From: an uncultured Candidatus Peribacteria bacterium
Lineage (GTDB): Bacteria > Patescibacteriota > Gracilibacteria > RBG-16-42-10
Assembly: GCA_964514565.1 (NCBI GenBank)
Contig: CAZERA010000001.1
Span: 434,001 to 498,000, forward strand
DNA: 64,000 bases
Direction: 5' to 3'
The first letter of the stretch is position 1; the number at the start of each line of letters is the position of its first letter. Position numbers and translations under genes: made by a program. Below, one piece after another: positions 29,550 through 39,880 of this stretch. Below the pieces are notes generated by a model that was given only the letters and a program-made list of their open reading frames with translations, made no database searches and had not been told where the DNA came from.

Positions 29550-30071
29550 CTATTTAGGTGGGAATATAGATTTCAACTGGCTAAAGGGATTGTCTGTCTC
29601 GCGTTGTTTTTCACAGTCACAAGATTTTTTGTTCAGGTTGCAACCACAGCTGGGACAGAGTCCTAGACAATCTTCTTTGCAGAGTGGATTGCTAGCAGCG
29701 CTCAGGTGGAATTCTTGTTCTACTAACGGCGTAATATCTAGTACTGCACCATCTTTCTCCTGTTGCAAAAGACTAAAGTCATTTTCTGCGGGAGTATGCA
29801 AAGAAAAGCTTTCCAAAGCCGCGTCAATACTAGTGATTTGCTTACACTCTGTCAAACAACGCACGCAAGCATGGGTATAGGTGAAAAGGTCACTGTCAAA
29901 GCTAATCAACAAAGTCTCATCCAAGTAGGTAATGGTGCCATTGAGACTGGTTTCTCCGTCGAATGTTACTTGAGGAATAGTGAAGTCATTTAAATCAAAA
30001 TCGAATTCGTGCATTGATCCTATTTCACTATCGAGTAACTTCTGGATGGGGATGATAAATTTATTGTTCAT
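29550..30071 (-). CDS. yceD: YceD/DUF177 family protein
   Basis: CVRCL and PLCKEDCLGLCPSCGCNLN...C.C...NPFSQL; upstream of rpmF. Confidence 0.9.
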   Translation of the reverse strand: MNNKFIIPIQKLLDSEIGSMHEFDFDLNDFTIPQVTFDGETSLNGTITYLDETLLISFDSDLFTYTHACVRCLTECKQITSIDAALESFSLHTPAENDFSLLQQEKDGAVLDITPLVEQEFHLSAASNPLCKEDCLGLCPSCGCNLNKKSCDCEKQRETDNPFSQLKSIFPPK

Positions 30072-31401
30072 GGGAGTCGGTTTCAATGATTTGAGCATAT
30101 TGTTGGGCTAGCAGGAGTGCTTCCGCTTTAGTTTCCAGTTTGTGATCGAGTTGAGCTTCGTACACATGAGCCAGTATTTTACCTAGCTTTGGTCCCGGTT
30201 TCAAATGAAGTTCTCGAATGAGATCGTTGCCCGTGAGCAGATGCTCAGGTTGATCAGGGTATTTGGTTTCAATATCTTTTACTACAGCTTCAATTTCGTG
30301 ATAGAGGCTCAGGTCTAATGGTCTTGAGCCACTGGCATCTGCTTTGAAGAGGGCGAGCAGGTTAGCAAAGCGGGAGTCATGAATCCATTTGCGTTTGCGA
30401 TTGTCGGGCATATCCCGCAAAGCCACCCACATCATGTGATGTATTACTAGATAGCAGATTTCTTCAGTGAAGTTTTTGGGGAAACGTAAGCGAGTGAGTG
30501 CCGCTTTAGCAAAGACAGCAGAGTGTTCGGCATGGCTATCAAAGCGAATTCTTTCAGCAATATGAAATGTATTAACTTTGCCACTATCGTGTAAGAGGGT
30601 CGCCCATACTAGGGTGAGATTGTCAGTTGGTCCGATACTTTCTAGAGCGGTCAAAGTGTGTTCGAATACATCTCCTTCAGTATGATACTCAAAGGGTTGG
30701 GTAATCCCTCGCATTGCTTCTATCTCTGGCAACAGTAATGCTAAAAGCCCAAACTCATGCAAATCTCGGATTGCTTCACTACGATTGGTATCCAGCAGCA
30801 GCATATTGAGCTCATCGCGAATTCGTTCTACGCTTATTCGTTCAATGGAAGGGGCTAGCTTGTGAAGTGCAGTATACGTATCTGGATGATAGCGAAAGCC
30901 TAAACGGTTTTTGAATCGAATTGCGCGTAAGATTCGAAGAGCATCTTCTTCAATCCTAGCGACAGGGTCGCCAATAAAGCGAATCAGTTTTTCTTTGATA
31001 TCGATCTGGCCATTTACGTAGTCCAGCACTTGTTCTTTGAATGGATCATAAAATAAACCATTGATAGTAAAATCTCTTCTTTTGGCGTCCTCTTCAGCTG
31101 AGGTGAATGTGACATAGTCTGGTCTGCGGCCATCGGTGTAACCACTATCAGATCTAAATGTAGCAATCTCAAAATGATGCTTGTTGTGATTTACTAACAT
31201 CACCCCAAAGTGCTTGCCGATCGCTACTGTTTGAGGAAAGAGTTCTTCAATCTGCTCAGGCACAGCGTTGGTGACAATGTCATAATCCTTGGCTGGCCTT
31301 TTGAGCAACATATCCCGTACACAGCCACCGGCTAGATAAGCTTCAAAGCCCGCTTTATGTAAAACTTCTAAGATTTGGAGAGCAGTGCTATACATAATCA
31401 A
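30061..31401 (-). CDS. CCA tRNA nucleotidyltransferase / poly(A) polymerase family with HD domain
   Basis: GGCVRD, DYDIVT, RRDFTING, EDALRILRAIRF, HTEGDVFEHT, LLHDSGK. Confidence 0.95.
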   Translation of the reverse strand: MIMYSTALQILEVLHKAGFEAYLAGGCVRDMLLKRPAKDYDIVTNAVPEQIEELFPQTVAIGKHFGVMLVNHNKHHFEIATFRSDSGYTDGRRPDYVTFTSAEEDAKRRDFTINGLFYDPFKEQVLDYVNGQIDIKEKLIRFIGDPVARIEEDALRILRAIRFKNRLGFRYHPDTYTALHKLAPSIERISVERIRDELNMLLLDTNRSEAIRDLHEFGLLALLLPEIEAMRGITQPFEYHTEGDVFEHTLTALESIGPTDNLTLVWATLLHDSGKVNTFHIAERIRFDSHAEHSAVFAKAALTRLRFPKNFTEEICYLVIHHMMWVALRDMPDNRKRKWIHDSRFANLLALFKADASGSRPLDLSLYHEIEAVVKDIETKYPDQPEHLLTGNDLIRELHLKPGPKLGKILAHVYEAQLDHKLETKAEALLLAQQYAQIIETDSHEQ

Positions 31402-33158
31402 TGGCGCTTAAAATGATGGTTGATCTCAGTGAACTTCATAGACAAACGGAATGGTCGCCCATGCGGACAAGTGTAAATACCGGGTAGGTAAGCTACATCA
31501 TCAATTAGTCTCTGTAGTTCACTCATAGTGAGACTATCATTGAATTTTACCGCTGCTTTGCAGGCCATAGTATGCAGCATGTCATCCTCTAGATGGTGAA
31601 TATCTTGCTTGGTAGTTTGATCAGGATTTTCGCTGAGGCTATTTTGTAATATTTGCGCCCAATCCATTTTTTCACCATGCACAATTGCGGGTACTGAGGT
31701 TATCGCCCAGGTAGTAGGGCTGACTTGTTCAAGTACAATGCCCAGCTCTTGGTAAAGGGCTAGTCGCTCACTAATCATCACACTTTGATCAGCTGATATA
31801 GTGAAATTAATGCTGACTAACAGCGGTTGGGTAGCATGGGTGAGGCGAGCTTGTTTGAATTGTTCATAGAGAAGCCGTTCGTGAGCAGCATGTTGATCAA
31901 ATACCAATAAAGTTTCTTGGTCGACGGCGAGAATATAAGAATTACTAATCTGGCTCAGTACGCGAATTGGTTTAGTTTCATTGCTGGCAAACAAAGCTTT
32001 AGGCAGGTCTAGATCTAGTCTTGGCGCTTGGTTCGGAGCAGTGGTCAGGTCAAACTGCTGGGTTAAATAATTGTTGATTGGTTGGTGAACGCTGTATTGC
32101 TGAGGATAGGATGGAAAGGAATGCTGACTAGTGGTTTGCGATTGATAATTGGGACTGACGGCAAACTGTTGAGAACTTAAGAACTCACGAATCTGTCTAT
32201 ATAAGAAACTATAGATTTGATCGGGAGTACTAAAACGTACTTCACTTTTACGTGGGTGGACATTGACGTCGACACTATCAGGCGCGATCTGAAGGTGAAT
32301 GAAGAAGATAGGATATTCGTTGCCTAGTAAGAACCCCTGGTAGGCATCACTGACAATTTTGTTGAGCCGGAAGTCTTGGATCACTCGACCATTGATACTG
32401 AGCATTTGTTGGCTGCGATTGGTGCGTTTGATCACTGGGGAAGAAATGACAAAATCAGCACTAATACCGTCTTCGTCAGCTTTGAAATAGTGCATCTTGC
32501 CAGCAAGTTCTTTGCTCATCAATTGGTAAAACTTTTCTAGTAGAGATGTCTCAGCAGGTGTATTGATGAGCTCTTTATTTTCATGATAGAGCTCAAAGTG
32601 AATGTGAGGAAAGGTGAGAGCTACTTCCTGAATCAGTCGAGTAATGGCACTTAATTCCTGGCGATCACTTTTAAGGAATTTACGGCGGGCAGGGACTTTA
32701 GCAAAAAGATGTTCGACTCGAATGGTAGTGCCGGGCTGGCGGCTAATAGTAGTTTCTTCGATTACTTCTCCATGATTGAGGACCAAAGTCTTTCCTTCAG
32801 GAGCACCAGACTGCGTACTGGTCTCGACAGTAACCATGCTGACAGAAGCAATACTGGCCAATGCTTCACCGCGAAAGCCTAAGCTTAGTAAACTGTCCAA
32901 GTCACTAAGCTCGGTGATTTTGCTAGTAGCATGACGCAAAAAAGCTTTTTTGATTTCGTCCTGAGCAATACCGGAACCATTGTCAGTAATTTCAATTAAC
33001 GACTTTCCACCACTACGTAATTGGATCACAATATGATCTGCTCCAGCATCGATGCTATTTTCCAGTAGCTCTTTTACAATCGAAGCCGGGCGCTCGACTA
33101 CCTCACCAGCAGCGATTTGATTGATGACCGTTTCTGGTAGGACTTTAATTGTTGCCAT
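31398..33158 (-). CDS. mutL: DNA mismatch repair protein MutL
   Basis: IAAGEVVERP, GFRGEAL, DVNVHPRK, endonuclease DQHAAHER, ACK and CPHGRP. Confidence 0.97.
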   Translation of the reverse strand: MATIKVLPETVINQIAAGEVVERPASIVKELLENSIDAGADHIVIQLRSGGKSLIEITDNGSGIAQDEIKKAFLRHATSKITELSDLDSLLSLGFRGEALASIASVSMVTVETSTQSGAPEGKTLVLNHGEVIEETTISRQPGTTIRVEHLFAKVPARRKFLKSDRQELSAITRLIQEVALTFPHIHFELYHENKELINTPAETSLLEKFYQLMSKELAGKMHYFKADEDGISADFVISSPVIKRTNRSQQMLSINGRVIQDFRLNKIVSDAYQGFLLGNEYPIFFIHLQIAPDSVDVNVHPRKSEVRFSTPDQIYSFLYRQIREFLSSQQFAVSPNYQSQTTSQHSFPSYPQQYSVHQPINNYLTQQFDLTTAPNQAPRLDLDLPKALFASNETKPIRVLSQISNSYILAVDQETLLVFDQHAAHERLLYEQFKQARLTHATQPLLVSINFTISADQSVMISERLALYQELGIVLEQVSPTTWAITSVPAIVHGEKMDWAQILQNSLSENPDQTTKQDIHHLEDDMLHTMACKAAVKFNDSLTMSELQRLIDDVAYLPGIYTCPHGRPFRLSMKFTEINHHFKRH

Positions 33159-33237
33159 GTTGTGGCGAGGTAAGAAGTAAAAGGGAAGAGGGAAGAAATG
33201 AAAATAGGTCAGAGGTCAGAGCGGCGAGGGCAGGGGT

Positions 33238-35760
33238 TTATTTTGAATTTTTTATTGCTTCTTGTAGTTTTTTTAGGGTCATGAGGGCGTCAAAGGGAGT
33301 TAGTCTGTCGCAATCTAGGTTACCTAGATCTTTGATGTAGGCGGGGATTTGTGGCTCGGAGGTTGGTTGGGAAAAGAGGTTGGGTTCGGTTGGTTGATGG
33401 TTGTTGGCTTCGGCGTCTTTTTGTTCTAATTGTTTGAGGATAGTTTTGGCTCCTTCGATCAGGGTGTTTGGTAGGCCTGCTCTTCTGGCTACTTCTAGAC
33501 CATAACTTTTGCCAATGCCCCCGGGGATGATTTTGTACAAGAATGTCACAGTGTCGCCATGTTGAGCAATCGCTACACTGGCGTTCTGAGCTTTGGCTAG
33601 ATGCTCTACTACACTGATTAGTTCATGGTAATGGGTAGCAAAAAGAGTTTTGGCTTGGGTGATGTGGACTAAATGTTCACATAAAGCCCAGGCGATACTG
33701 AGTCCGTCATAGGTGGAGGTACCGCGACCGATTTCATCTAGAATGATCAAGCTTTTACTAGTAGCTGTCTTGAGGATATTGGCAGTCTCGCTCATTTCTA
33801 CCATAAAAGTAGACATACCACGTAATAAATAATCTTGGGCACCAATACGGGTAAAGATGCGGTCGACAATTGGTAGTCTGGCTTTAGTAGCTGGCACAAA
33901 ACTACCGATCAAAAAGAGAATCTCGATCAAAGCTACCTGACGCAAGTAAGTACTTTTACCACCCATATTGGGACCGGTGATCAGCAATAGTTGCTGTTTT
34001 TCATGGTCCAAGTAAGTATCATTGGGGATAAAAGACTTGGCCAGTTTTTTGGCAATAATAGGATGTCTACCGCCCTCAATCATTAAGCTTTCATCAGTGC
34101 TGATTTGCGGACGAACAAAGTGATAAAGTACGGCTATCTCAGCTAGACCAATCCAGACATCTAGCTCAGCTAAGTGTTGCGCTAGTTTTTGTAAAGCATC
34201 CTTTTGTTCGACTAACTTCTGACAGATTTGTTCAAATAAAGCACACTGACGAGCTTGTGACTTTTGTTCAGCACTCAAATAAACCGCTTCAAATTCGTGC
34301 AGCGCAGCAGAAGAGAAGCGTTCAGCATTAACTAAAGTTTGTTTGCGCACCAAGTGGGCAATCTTTTCTACTGGAATCGTGCGCAAATTTGCTTTAGAGA
34401 TTTCAATAAAGAAGCCGGTAATATTATTGAAGCGAACTTTGAGACCATCAATACTAGTCTTTTCTTTCTCCTTGCTTTCGTATGTACTTAGCCATGTAGC
34501 ACTTTCAGATACTGTACTGCGAATAGTATCTAGTTCGTTATCAAAACCAGGCTGAATCCATTGTCCTTCACCTGCAGTCAGTGGCAAGGTGTCGGCCATA
34601 TTGAGGGCAAGCTGGAGGAGCTCAGCGATTGTTTGTGGCGCTTGGAAATGTTGTGCTAAAGATTGGATAGCCGGAGCTTGATGGTTTTGTAGTAGCACCT
34701 GTAATTCAGGCAACAATGTTAAGGTTTGATGCAGGTTTCCTAGGTCACGAGGCGTACCACTACGCAATACAATTTTGGCAATAATCTTTTCGATATCACT
34801 ACTTTTCTTGAGCTGGGTTTGTAATTGACTGCGAAGTTGGCCGCTTTGGCTAAAGCTTTCTACTAAGTCTAAGCGTTGTTCAATATGGGGTTTGCTGGTG
34901 AGTGGGTGAAGCAACATCGCATGTAAGAACCGATACCCTGCAGCTGTCACTGTGGCATTGATGCTGTCGAGTAGTGAACCATACACTTTGCCGTCATGGG
35001 CATTGCGTACTAGCTCTAGATTTCGCACTGTCATTTCATCCAACAGTACAGTAGGAATAGTACTTTGTTGGTCTTGGAATAAATGTTTTGCTTCACTTTG
35101 CTGGGTATGGGCAATGTAGTGAGCAATCATCATCTCTGGTGCCTGACCTTGAGGAACTACAGTCAAGATTGTGGGCAGGTTGCTTTGTTCTAATAGTGGC
35201 TCCAAGGAGTTTTTACCGGACTCGGTCACCAATACTTCTTGCGGAAAACGAATGCGGATTTGATCGATGATATCAGGTAGAGTTTGGCCATGACCAGGAC
35301 TGATCTCACCAGTACTGACATTACAAAACATAATGCTCCAGAAACCTTGTTGTTGATTGATTGCTGCCAGTAAACGAATCTGCTGGTCGTCAGCATCACT
35401 CAAGAGCGTGCCTGGTGTCACTATTCTAGTGACGGCTCGTTCTACAATACCTGGCAAGCTGGGATCACTAGTCTGATCACAAATTGCTACTTTGTGGCCA
35501 GCTTTAATTAGTTTTCTAATGTATTGTTCAGCACTAAAATGTGGAAATCCACACATTGCGATTTCATTTTCGCTGCCCTTGTGTCTAGCGGTGAGGGCGA
35601 TGTGCAGGATGCTACTAGCAATCTCCGCATCACTACCAAACATTTCGTAGAAATCTCCTAGCCGAAAAAGCAAGATACAATCAGGCTGTGCAGCCTTGAT
35701 TGTATAGTACTGGCGCAGCATCGGAGTGAGTTTTTTGGAGTCAGATGGAGTGGGGGACAT
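33238..35760 (-). CDS. mutS: DNA mismatch repair protein MutS
   Basis: TPMLRQY, GDFYEMF, GPNMGGKST, STFMVEM, DEIGRGTST, FATHY, SYG; ATG at 35760 preferred. Confidence 0.97.
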   Translation of the reverse strand: MSPTPSDSKKLTPMLRQYYTIKAAQPDCILLFRLGDFYEMFGSDAEIASSILHIALTARHKGSENEIAMCGFPHFSAEQYIRKLIKAGHKVAICDQTSDPSLPGIVERAVTRIVTPGTLLSDADDQQIRLLAAINQQQGFWSIMFCNVSTGEISPGHGQTLPDIIDQIRIRFPQEVLVTESGKNSLEPLLEQSNLPTILTVVPQGQAPEMMIAHYIAHTQQSEAKHLFQDQQSTIPTVLLDEMTVRNLELVRNAHDGKVYGSLLDSINATVTAAGYRFLHAMLLHPLTSKPHIEQRLDLVESFSQSGQLRSQLQTQLKKSSDIEKIIAKIVLRSGTPRDLGNLHQTLTLLPELQVLLQNHQAPAIQSLAQHFQAPQTIAELLQLALNMADTLPLTAGEGQWIQPGFDNELDTIRSTVSESATWLSTYESKEKEKTSIDGLKVRFNNITGFFIEISKANLRTIPVEKIAHLVRKQTLVNAERFSSAALHEFEAVYLSAEQKSQARQCALFEQICQKLVEQKDALQKLAQHLAELDVWIGLAEIAVLYHFVRPQISTDESLMIEGGRHPIIAKKLAKSFIPNDTYLDHEKQQLLLITGPNMGGKSTYLRQVALIEILFLIGSFVPATKARLPIVDRIFTRIGAQDYLLRGMSTFMVEMSETANILKTATSKSLIILDEIGRGTSTYDGLSIAWALCEHLVHITQAKTLFATHYHELISVVEHLAKAQNASVAIAQHGDTVTFLYKIIPGGIGKSYGLEVARRAGLPNTLIEGAKTILKQLEQKDAEANNHQPTEPNLFSQPTSEPQIPAYIKDLGNLDCDRLTPFDALMTLKKLQEAIKNSK

Positions 35761-35818
35761 AGTGCTTACACTGATCGTGCGGTTATGGTATCTTCTCAAC
35801 AGATTCGCTGCAAGATCT

Positions 35819-36493
35819 ATGCCCAAGCATCCTCTATCCCAGATCATCGAGCAAGGACAATTTTTTCATGTTTACCTCCTCAGTGGAGAACATGGTCTTT
35901 CGCTGGAACAAGAATTGCAGGAAGTGCTCACGGATATTCAAGCAATCAATGGGCATCAGAGCCTCGATATTCATAGTCTCAAGCCAGAGGAAGGGACAAT
36001 CGATGTAGAAACTGTAAAGAAGTTTCGGCAGATTTTTACTATGCAAGCAGTCAGCAAGATCCGAGTAGGCATGATAGAGCATATTGATTTGATGACTATT
36101 CCAGCACAACAAATGCTTCTCAAGCTTTTAGAAGAGGCTCCACCCAAGAGCATTTTCTTGCTCACAACTACTCGACTCAAGTCAATTAGTAAGCCGATTC
36201 TTTCCCGTACTGCTGTATATAGGCTGGCTACTAAACCACATACGATTGAGTCACCTTATCAAGACTGGTTTGCTAATTTGTTTGATACCAGGGCATTGAT
36301 GATCGATAAACAGCTTCTGATCGACCAAATCGAAAAAGAAACCAGCTGGGCCCAGTTTAGTTTTGAGCTGTCGCATTATCTTTACAAAACGCATGCTAGC
36401 CCTAGCACTATTCAGAAATGGCTGTTTACATTATCATTGGCCCAACAAAGTGCTAAGATGAAGCCTCTTTTGGAATATTTCTTTTTTACTTGA
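35819..36493 (+). CDS. DNA polymerase III delta-prime-like subunit (short form)
   Basis: HVYLLSG, IDVETVK, MTIPAQQMLLKLLEEAP, ILSR; divergent from mutS; ATG at 35819. Confidence 0.7.
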   Translation: MPKHPLSQIIEQGQFFHVYLLSGEHGLSLEQELQEVLTDIQAINGHQSLDIHSLKPEEGTIDVETVKKFRQIFTMQAVSKIRVGMIEHIDLMTIPAQQMLLKLLEEAPPKSIFLLTTTRLKSISKPILSRTAVYRLATKPHTIESPYQDWFANLFDTRALMIDKQLLIDQIEKETSWAQFSFELSHYLYKTHASPSTIQKWLFTLSLAQQSAKMKPLLEYFFFT

Positions 36494-36494
36494 T

Positions 36495-37094
36495 ATGGAA
36501 AGTTTTTGGCTCTATATAGCCGGCTTTAGCTGGATTGCTATCGCTATCATTGCTGCTCGTAGACTAGTACTGCGCTACCAAGGTGTGAGATTACCGATTC
36601 ATGAGGAGTTCAAAACTCACGACCAAATTAGTGAACAAGCGATTACGATTGAAAGAATGTTTCAGAGCAATTTGCATGACATGTCTTTCTCTGAGCTTTT
36701 GACTATGGCTGACAAGCTCAATAAAAAACAAGATTTTCGTAAAGTAGTAAAATACCTCGAAGAGGCCCTCCATCGTGATTTGCCACCGGATCATTATGTC
36801 GATATCCATGTAAAACTGATCGATGCTTACTTGGCTTTGAATGATTATCCTAGAGCGCTTGTGGTTGTTAATAAGCTACTTTTTCATTTCCCTAATGAAG
36901 CAATCTGGCAAGAGAAGGCAGCTAAGATTCAAATCTTGGCAGGTAGATATGAAGAAGCGGTAAAGACTTTAGAAGCATTGATCGATATGCATCCTCAAAA
37001 AACTTACCTAGAGCTTTTGGCTAAAGCTTATCGTAAGCTTAAGTTGCATGATAAGGCGAGGGATATTTACCAAGATATACACCGTTTTCGCTAG
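36495..37094 (+). CDS. Membrane-anchored TPR-repeat protein
   Basis: N-terminal TM helix then TPR-like helices (GRYEEAVKTLEALI, LAKAYRKL...KARDIY). Confidence 0.75.
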   Translation: MESFWLYIAGFSWIAIAIIAARRLVLRYQGVRLPIHEEFKTHDQISEQAITIERMFQSNLHDMSFSELLTMADKLNKKQDFRKVVKYLEEALHRDLPPDHYVDIHVKLIDAYLALNDYPRALVVVNKLLFHFPNEAIWQEKAAKIQILAGRYEEAVKTLEALIDMHPQKTYLELLAKAYRKLKLHDKARDIYQDIHRFR

Positions 37095-37096
37095 AT

Positions 37097-37118
37097 ATCC
37101 TTCGACTAAACTCAGGAT
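37097..37118. repeat. Small REP-like hairpin between convergent genes
   Basis: ATCCT-TCGACTAAACTC-AGGAT; resembles the TTCGCTTCGCTCAG motif after the tRNA-Ser copies. Confidence 0.35.
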
Positions 37119-37157
37119 GATTAGTGAAGAAGGAAGAGGTAAAAAGTTATTGTAGGT

Positions 37158-37853
37158 TTAGGGTGATATTACAATTCCTTTGTAAGCGAAGAACTTTTTG
37201 AATTGTTTGTTGCTTAGAGCAACATTACTTTGGTTTTTAGTAGTCCCTCCACTTGGGTTGTGGAAATACAGTGTTTTTGTTTTTTTGTTGTAACCAAATA
37301 GTAGGATTAAGTGACCACCTTTACTGGTTGGTGTGCTATCTGGATCACGAATGGCTGGATTTACCGAGGCGATTACGTAACCTCCCTGGCCAATAGTATT
37401 GATTATCTCTGTAATAGTAAGGGCTGTGACTGGTCTTGCTTGAAGCTGGTATTCTGCCGCGACAAAAGTACAGAAAGGTTTGTAAAAGAGACCGGGTGAA
37501 TCTTGGAGTGGTTCTTGATAGCCACCATAACTTAAACATTGTTTGGCTAGTGTCACTAAAGGCACCTTTAGTGCCTGTTTGTGTTGCAGCAACATTTTTA
37601 AACAAGCCATGCCACATGCATTCCAACTCCATAGTTCGTATTCTGCTGGTGTCACAGCACCAGAGTTTTGCCAAAGAGGATCAGCAGAAGCAAGTATTTT
37701 ACCTGTCAGTATCGCACTAGTCAGCTCAGGTGATTCCCACTGACTATAGTAAGGAACATCTTGATGACTAAAACTCTCAGGAATTTTCTTATTCACAAAA
37801 AACCACTTGAGGTACTGAACCAACAAGAGTGCTTTTTGTTTGAGTAAAACCAT
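37158..37853 (-). CDS. Peptidase C39-like (papain-fold) protein
   Basis: VPYYSQW, ACGMACLKM (Cys), GGHLILLFG (His), YFHNP. Confidence 0.8.
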   Translation of the reverse strand: MVLLKQKALLLVQYLKWFFVNKKIPESFSHQDVPYYSQWESPELTSAILTGKILASADPLWQNSGAVTPAEYELWSWNACGMACLKMLLQHKQALKVPLVTLAKQCLSYGGYQEPLQDSPGLFYKPFCTFVAAEYQLQARPVTALTITEIINTIGQGGYVIASVNPAIRDPDSTPTSKGGHLILLFGYNKKTKTLYFHNPSGGTTKNQSNVALSNKQFKKFFAYKGIVISP

Positions 37854-37878
37854 GGTGACTCTAGTGAAAAATGAATGA

Positions 37879-37947
37879 TGAATAGTGAATAACTGAGGAT
37901 CCTCTACAAAGTCGCTAAACTTTTCATTATTTGTTATTCACTATTCA
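37879..37947. repeat. 15-bp perfect inverted repeat downstream of rpoD
   Basis: TGAATAGTGAATAAC (37879-37893) and GTTATTCACTATTCA (37933-37947) enclose the palindrome GAGGATCCTC. Confidence 0.7.
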
Positions 37948-37962
37948 CTCCTAGTCCTAAAA

Positions 37963-39870
37963 CTAACTTTTTTTACCAGACTTTCTTTTCTTCTCCAATC
38001 CAAACCCTTCAAGCCTATCGCTCAAAGTAGTGTAAACATCATCTTCGTGTTCATCAGCATTGATACTGATCAACTTACCCATTTTCTCGTAGAGAGAAAC
38101 AATTGGTGCTGTCTCTTGATAGTAGTTGCTAAGGCGAAGCTTCATGCCGACGATATTGTCTTCTTTGACTAGTTTGAGATCATTGTCACACTTCTCACAA
38201 GTTTCAGCGATGGAGTCAGCTGAATAAACTGATTGGCAATAACTACAAATCTTTTTCTTGGTGATACGAGTGAGGGCATGATCGTCACCGACATTGAACA
38301 GTACAGCCACAAAATTACGTTTGTACTGACTAATCAAGCGGTTGAAGAAGTCTGCTTGGGCGAGGTTCTTGGGGAAACCGTCAAAAATAATTGGTTTCTC
38401 AGTGCTGACATTTTTGATGAAAGCCTCGACGATTTGTTGCAAGATATCGCTAGGCACTACTTGTCCTGCTGTCAGGAGTTGTTTTACTTTGCGACCAAGC
38501 TGATTGTCTTGTTTCATGGTTTTCTGAAGCTCGTAGTGGAGATCAAAAATAGCCATGTCGTAGATCTTGGTCAGCTTCATCGCTTGGCAAGTCTTGCCAG
38601 AGCCTGGAGGACCAAAGAATACTAAATCAGGGAAATAGTTGAAGCTCATGCTGCTAGCCAAGAAATTGATATCGTTGTCTTGGGCTTGTTCAGCTTTACT
38701 GAGATTGATACGCACGCTATCTGGATGCTCGCGTAGTTTGACCAGAGCTTTGGCTTCGATCTGACGAATACGTTCACGGGTGACACCAAATTCTTGACCT
38801 ACTTCTTCCAAAGTGTGTCCGATACCATCATCCAAACCGAAACGCATACGGATGATTTTTTGTTCACGTGGAGTCAGAGAATCAAGCAGTCTATGCACAT
38901 CTTCCTTGAGCAATTGGCGAGCAGCTTGAGAAGATGGACTGAGGGTCACATCATCTTCAATAAAGTCACCAAGCTTACCAGAATTGTCACCATCAGAACC
39001 GACTGGTGCTTCTAGAGAGACGATATCTTGAGAGATTTTCTTGATATACCGAATCTTCTTCACATCCATATCCATTTCAGAAGCAATTTCTTCGATCAAT
39101 GGTTCACGACCCAGCTCTTGTACAAGGCGACGTTGGGTATGCGTAAATTTGTTGATTGTCTCCACCATGTGCACAGGAATACGAATGGTACGAGCTTGAT
39201 CAGCAATCGCGCGTGTAATTGCCTGACGAATCCACCAAGTAGCATAGGTAGAGAATTTGAAACCTTTGCGGTAATCAAATTTTTCTACAGCACGAAACAA
39301 ACCGATATTACCCTCTTGAATTAAATCCAAAAGCGAAAGTCCACGACCAACATATTTTTTAGCGATACTAACTACCAAACGAAGATTAGCTTCAGCCAAT
39401 TGACGCTTGGCCACTGGATCATTTTTGGTGATGCGTTTGGCGAGCATTACTTCTTCTTCAGCATTGAGTAGTTCAACACGACCTATTTCACGTAGATACA
39501 TGCGGATAGAGTCTCCGGCTATGTCACCGAGGGCGAAGTTCTTTTTGTTGGTAGAAAGAAATTTATCTCGTAGTTTTTCTTCTGAAGTTTTTAGAGTAGG
39601 ATTAGCTTTTTCTTTTTCTTTGGCAACAGTTTTTTGTTGGTTTTGCCAAATGAATTCTTGTTGAGAGTCAACGATTTCAATACCGTGTTCTAGAAACTGT
39701 ACCATCACATCTTCTACTACGCCCAGATTACTTTCGAATTCTGGGATAGCATGCATGACTTCTTGTTGAGTCACGAATCCTTGCTCTTTACCTTTCTTGA
39801 TTAATAAGCGCACCTCTGGGCTATACTTTGCCAACGAATCTTGTTCGCGTTTGATACTTTTTTTTCCCAC
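37963..39870 (-). CDS. rpoD: Primary sigma factor RpoD fused to a C-terminal adenylate-kinase-like domain
   Basis: Region 1.1-like N-terminus, [58 protein letters not shown]; then [12 protein letters not shown] and a CxxC...CxxC lid; follows dnaG. Confidence 0.95.
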   Translation of the reverse strand: MGKKSIKREQDSLAKYSPEVRLLIKKGKEQGFVTQQEVMHAIPEFESNLGVVEDVMVQFLEHGIEIVDSQQEFIWQNQQKTVAKEKEKANPTLKTSEEKLRDKFLSTNKKNFALGDIAGDSIRMYLREIGRVELLNAEEEVMLAKRITKNDPVAKRQLAEANLRLVVSIAKKYVGRGLSLLDLIQEGNIGLFRAVEKFDYRKGFKFSTYATWWIRQAITRAIADQARTIRIPVHMVETINKFTHTQRRLVQELGREPLIEEIASEMDMDVKKIRYIKKISQDIVSLEAPVGSDGDNSGKLGDFIEDDVTLSPSSQAARQLLKEDVHRLLDSLTPREQKIIRMRFGLDDGIGHTLEEVGQEFGVTRERIRQIEAKALVKLREHPDSVRINLSKAEQAQDNDINFLASSMSFNYFPDLVFFGPPGSGKTCQAMKLTKIYDMAIFDLHYELQKTMKQDNQLGRKVKQLLTAGQVVPSDILQQIVEAFIKNVSTEKPIIFDGFPKNLAQADFFNRLISQYKRNFVAVLFNVGDDHALTRITKKKICSYCQSVYSADSIAETCEKCDNDLKLVKEDNIVGMKLRLSNYYQETAPIVSLYEKMGKLISINADEHEDDVYTTLSDRLEGFGLEKKRKSGKKS

Positions 39871-39880
39871 TAGGCTGATG

